Shown: positions 33,186-34,638 of the stretch, piece after piece
Layout: each line of letters opens with the position of its first letter
Numbering within the stretch: position 1 is the stretch's first letter
Assembly: GCF_001194135.2 (NCBI RefSeq)
Contig: NC_068986.1
Coordinates: 78,426,176-78,460,813 of the forward strand
DNA: 34,638 bases
From: Octopus bimaculoides
Taxonomy: Eukaryota
Direction: 5' to 3'
Notes under the pieces: generated by a model
What the model was told of the DNA's origin: nothing
The model's database searches: none
What the model saw: only the letters and a program-made list of their open reading frames with translations
Position numbers and translations under genes: made by a program

Positions 33186-33902
33186 ATAATATAGCTAGAA
33201 AATGTGCAATGCAAGACAGTTTGGGTGTACAGAATATGCAGTGCGATAAAATAACTTTCATTGTTGTAGAATGAATGAAGTTAACTTAGATACATTCATG
33301 TCAAGAAATAACACAATGTATGTCTGCACATCAGGTTCTTCATACTGGAAGAAATTACATTGACAGTTGTACACTTGACAACAGTGTCATCACAATAATC
33401 TGATAAATTAAGCAGTGATACGATGTGTGGTAACATTGAGAAAATAAGACTGTTTACCAAGAAAAAAAAGTAAAAATAAAACAAACAAACGTACATACAC
33501 TTATTGTAATCATTTTGAAATTGTGCTTTTCTACAGAACATGGAATTTAAGATTGTTGTAGATATAACTGGATATAAAGAGATAAATGTAGGTAATTTAA
33601 GTCATCTCTATAATCTTAATCTGATATATTAAGTAATGATAGTGGTGGTGGGAGGAGATGGTAGCATCAAGAAAGATCAGCTTATTTAGGAAAAACAAAT
33701 GTACACATGCATATTGTAGTTATTTCTGTATTATGATTTTGTATGCTAGAACAGGTATTTGAGATTTTGTTGATTTAATGGGATGTAAATGGGATAAATG
33801 TAGAAAATTTGAAGGCACTGGGCTAATTGATAACCCAGATGTTCTTTATGGCCTGATAGAGCCTTTATGATTTACATCTAAGTGTATCCTCCTCCTCTTC
33901 CA

Positions 33903-33936
<34 letters not shown>

Positions 33937-33954
33937 CATACATAATACTACTAC

Positions 33955-34285
33955 TACTAGCACTCCATCGGTTATGACAATAAAGGTTCCAGATGATCTA
34001 ATCAACAGAACAGCCTTCTCGTATTGAAATTAAAGCAGAAATGGTTGAGCACTCCACAGACATGTTGACCCCTAATGTAATTCCCAGTGAGATTCAGTGT
34101 GACACAGAATGTGACAAGGCTAGCTCTTTGAATTACTGGTATAACTCTTTTTTGTCAGCAGAGTGGACTGGAGCAACGTGAAGTAAAATATCTTGTTCAA
34201 GGGCACAGTGTGCTACTAGGAATCGAACTTATGATTTAAGATCGTGAGCTGAATGTCCTAACCAATAAGTCACTTGCATTCACTC
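33955..34285 (-). mobile_element. tRNA/CORE-type SINE family E, near full length
   Basis: Minus strand: tgacttattggttaggacattcagctcacgatc...ataagttcgattcc (A/B boxes), gtgcccttgaacaagatattttacttcacgttgctccagtccactc (CORE-like), tail (gta)n. Confidence 0.88.
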
Positions 34286-34303
34286 CATCCATCCACACAT
34301 ACG

Positions 34304-34304
<1 letters not shown>

Positions 34305-34337
<33 letters not shown>

Positions 34338-34371
34338 TCCTCTCTCTCTCTCTTCCTCTCTCTTTCTCTCC

Positions 34372-34425
<54 letters not shown>
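34305..34425. repeat. (CT)n/(TA)n compound microsatellite
   Basis: Directly visible. Confidence 0.95.
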
Positions 34426-34428
<3 letters not shown>

Positions 34429-34638
34429 GGTAAATTGAAATTTAGAGGTAATACTTGACTATTGTAAGCACCTGTGTATTCCAGCTAGTGGTTGCGGTGA
34501 AAGAATAAATTGTAAATCCAAAAAATAACAACAAAACTACAAAGGATTCCGCGGTACACGTGTTTCAAGCTTTACATGTGTATAATATAATATAATATAA
34601 CATAATATAATATGTGTATATGTAAATTATACACATAT

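Noticed and set aside
33300-33380. HQVLHTGRNY resembling a C2H2 linker
   Set aside because: No correctly spaced CxxC upstream, and the linker does not match TGEKPY beyond HTG.
26066-34285. tRNA-like A/B boxes as true tRNA genes
   Set aside because: They are heads of multicopy SINEs, followed by CORE/Meta-like bodies, and lack a complete cloverleaf.

Overview
AT-rich, microsatellite-dense animal genomic DNA from a gapped draft assembly, with six N-runs. The repeat families resemble those I associate with octopus/coleoid genomes; this is recognition from memory, not a database match. Most of the window is a mosaic of transposon relics: RTE, CR1 and R4/Dong-like LINE fragments, a Tc1/mariner remnant, hAT- and piggyBac-type MITEs, a Helentron-type non-autonomous element, a Penelope-like terminal repeat, and many copies of about five SINE or SINE-like families (labelled A-E here for convenience). 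No complete gene can be supported, and nearly all ORFs in the supplied track are microsatellite or N-gap artefacts. The best host-gene signals are a 222-nt candidate coding exon (4955-5176, +) and a candidate 27-nt microexon (29700-29726, +), so the window is probably intronic. The most unusual structures are: a ~200-bp local inverted duplication that preserves the pre-insertion site of a young RTE; a PHD-type finger inside an RTE reverse transcriptase; an RTE-like C-terminus with tandem C2H2 fingers; a variant hammerhead-like fold; and a near-perfect 51-nt hairpin at a piggyBac-MITE end. I found no evidence of a complete new multi-gene system.
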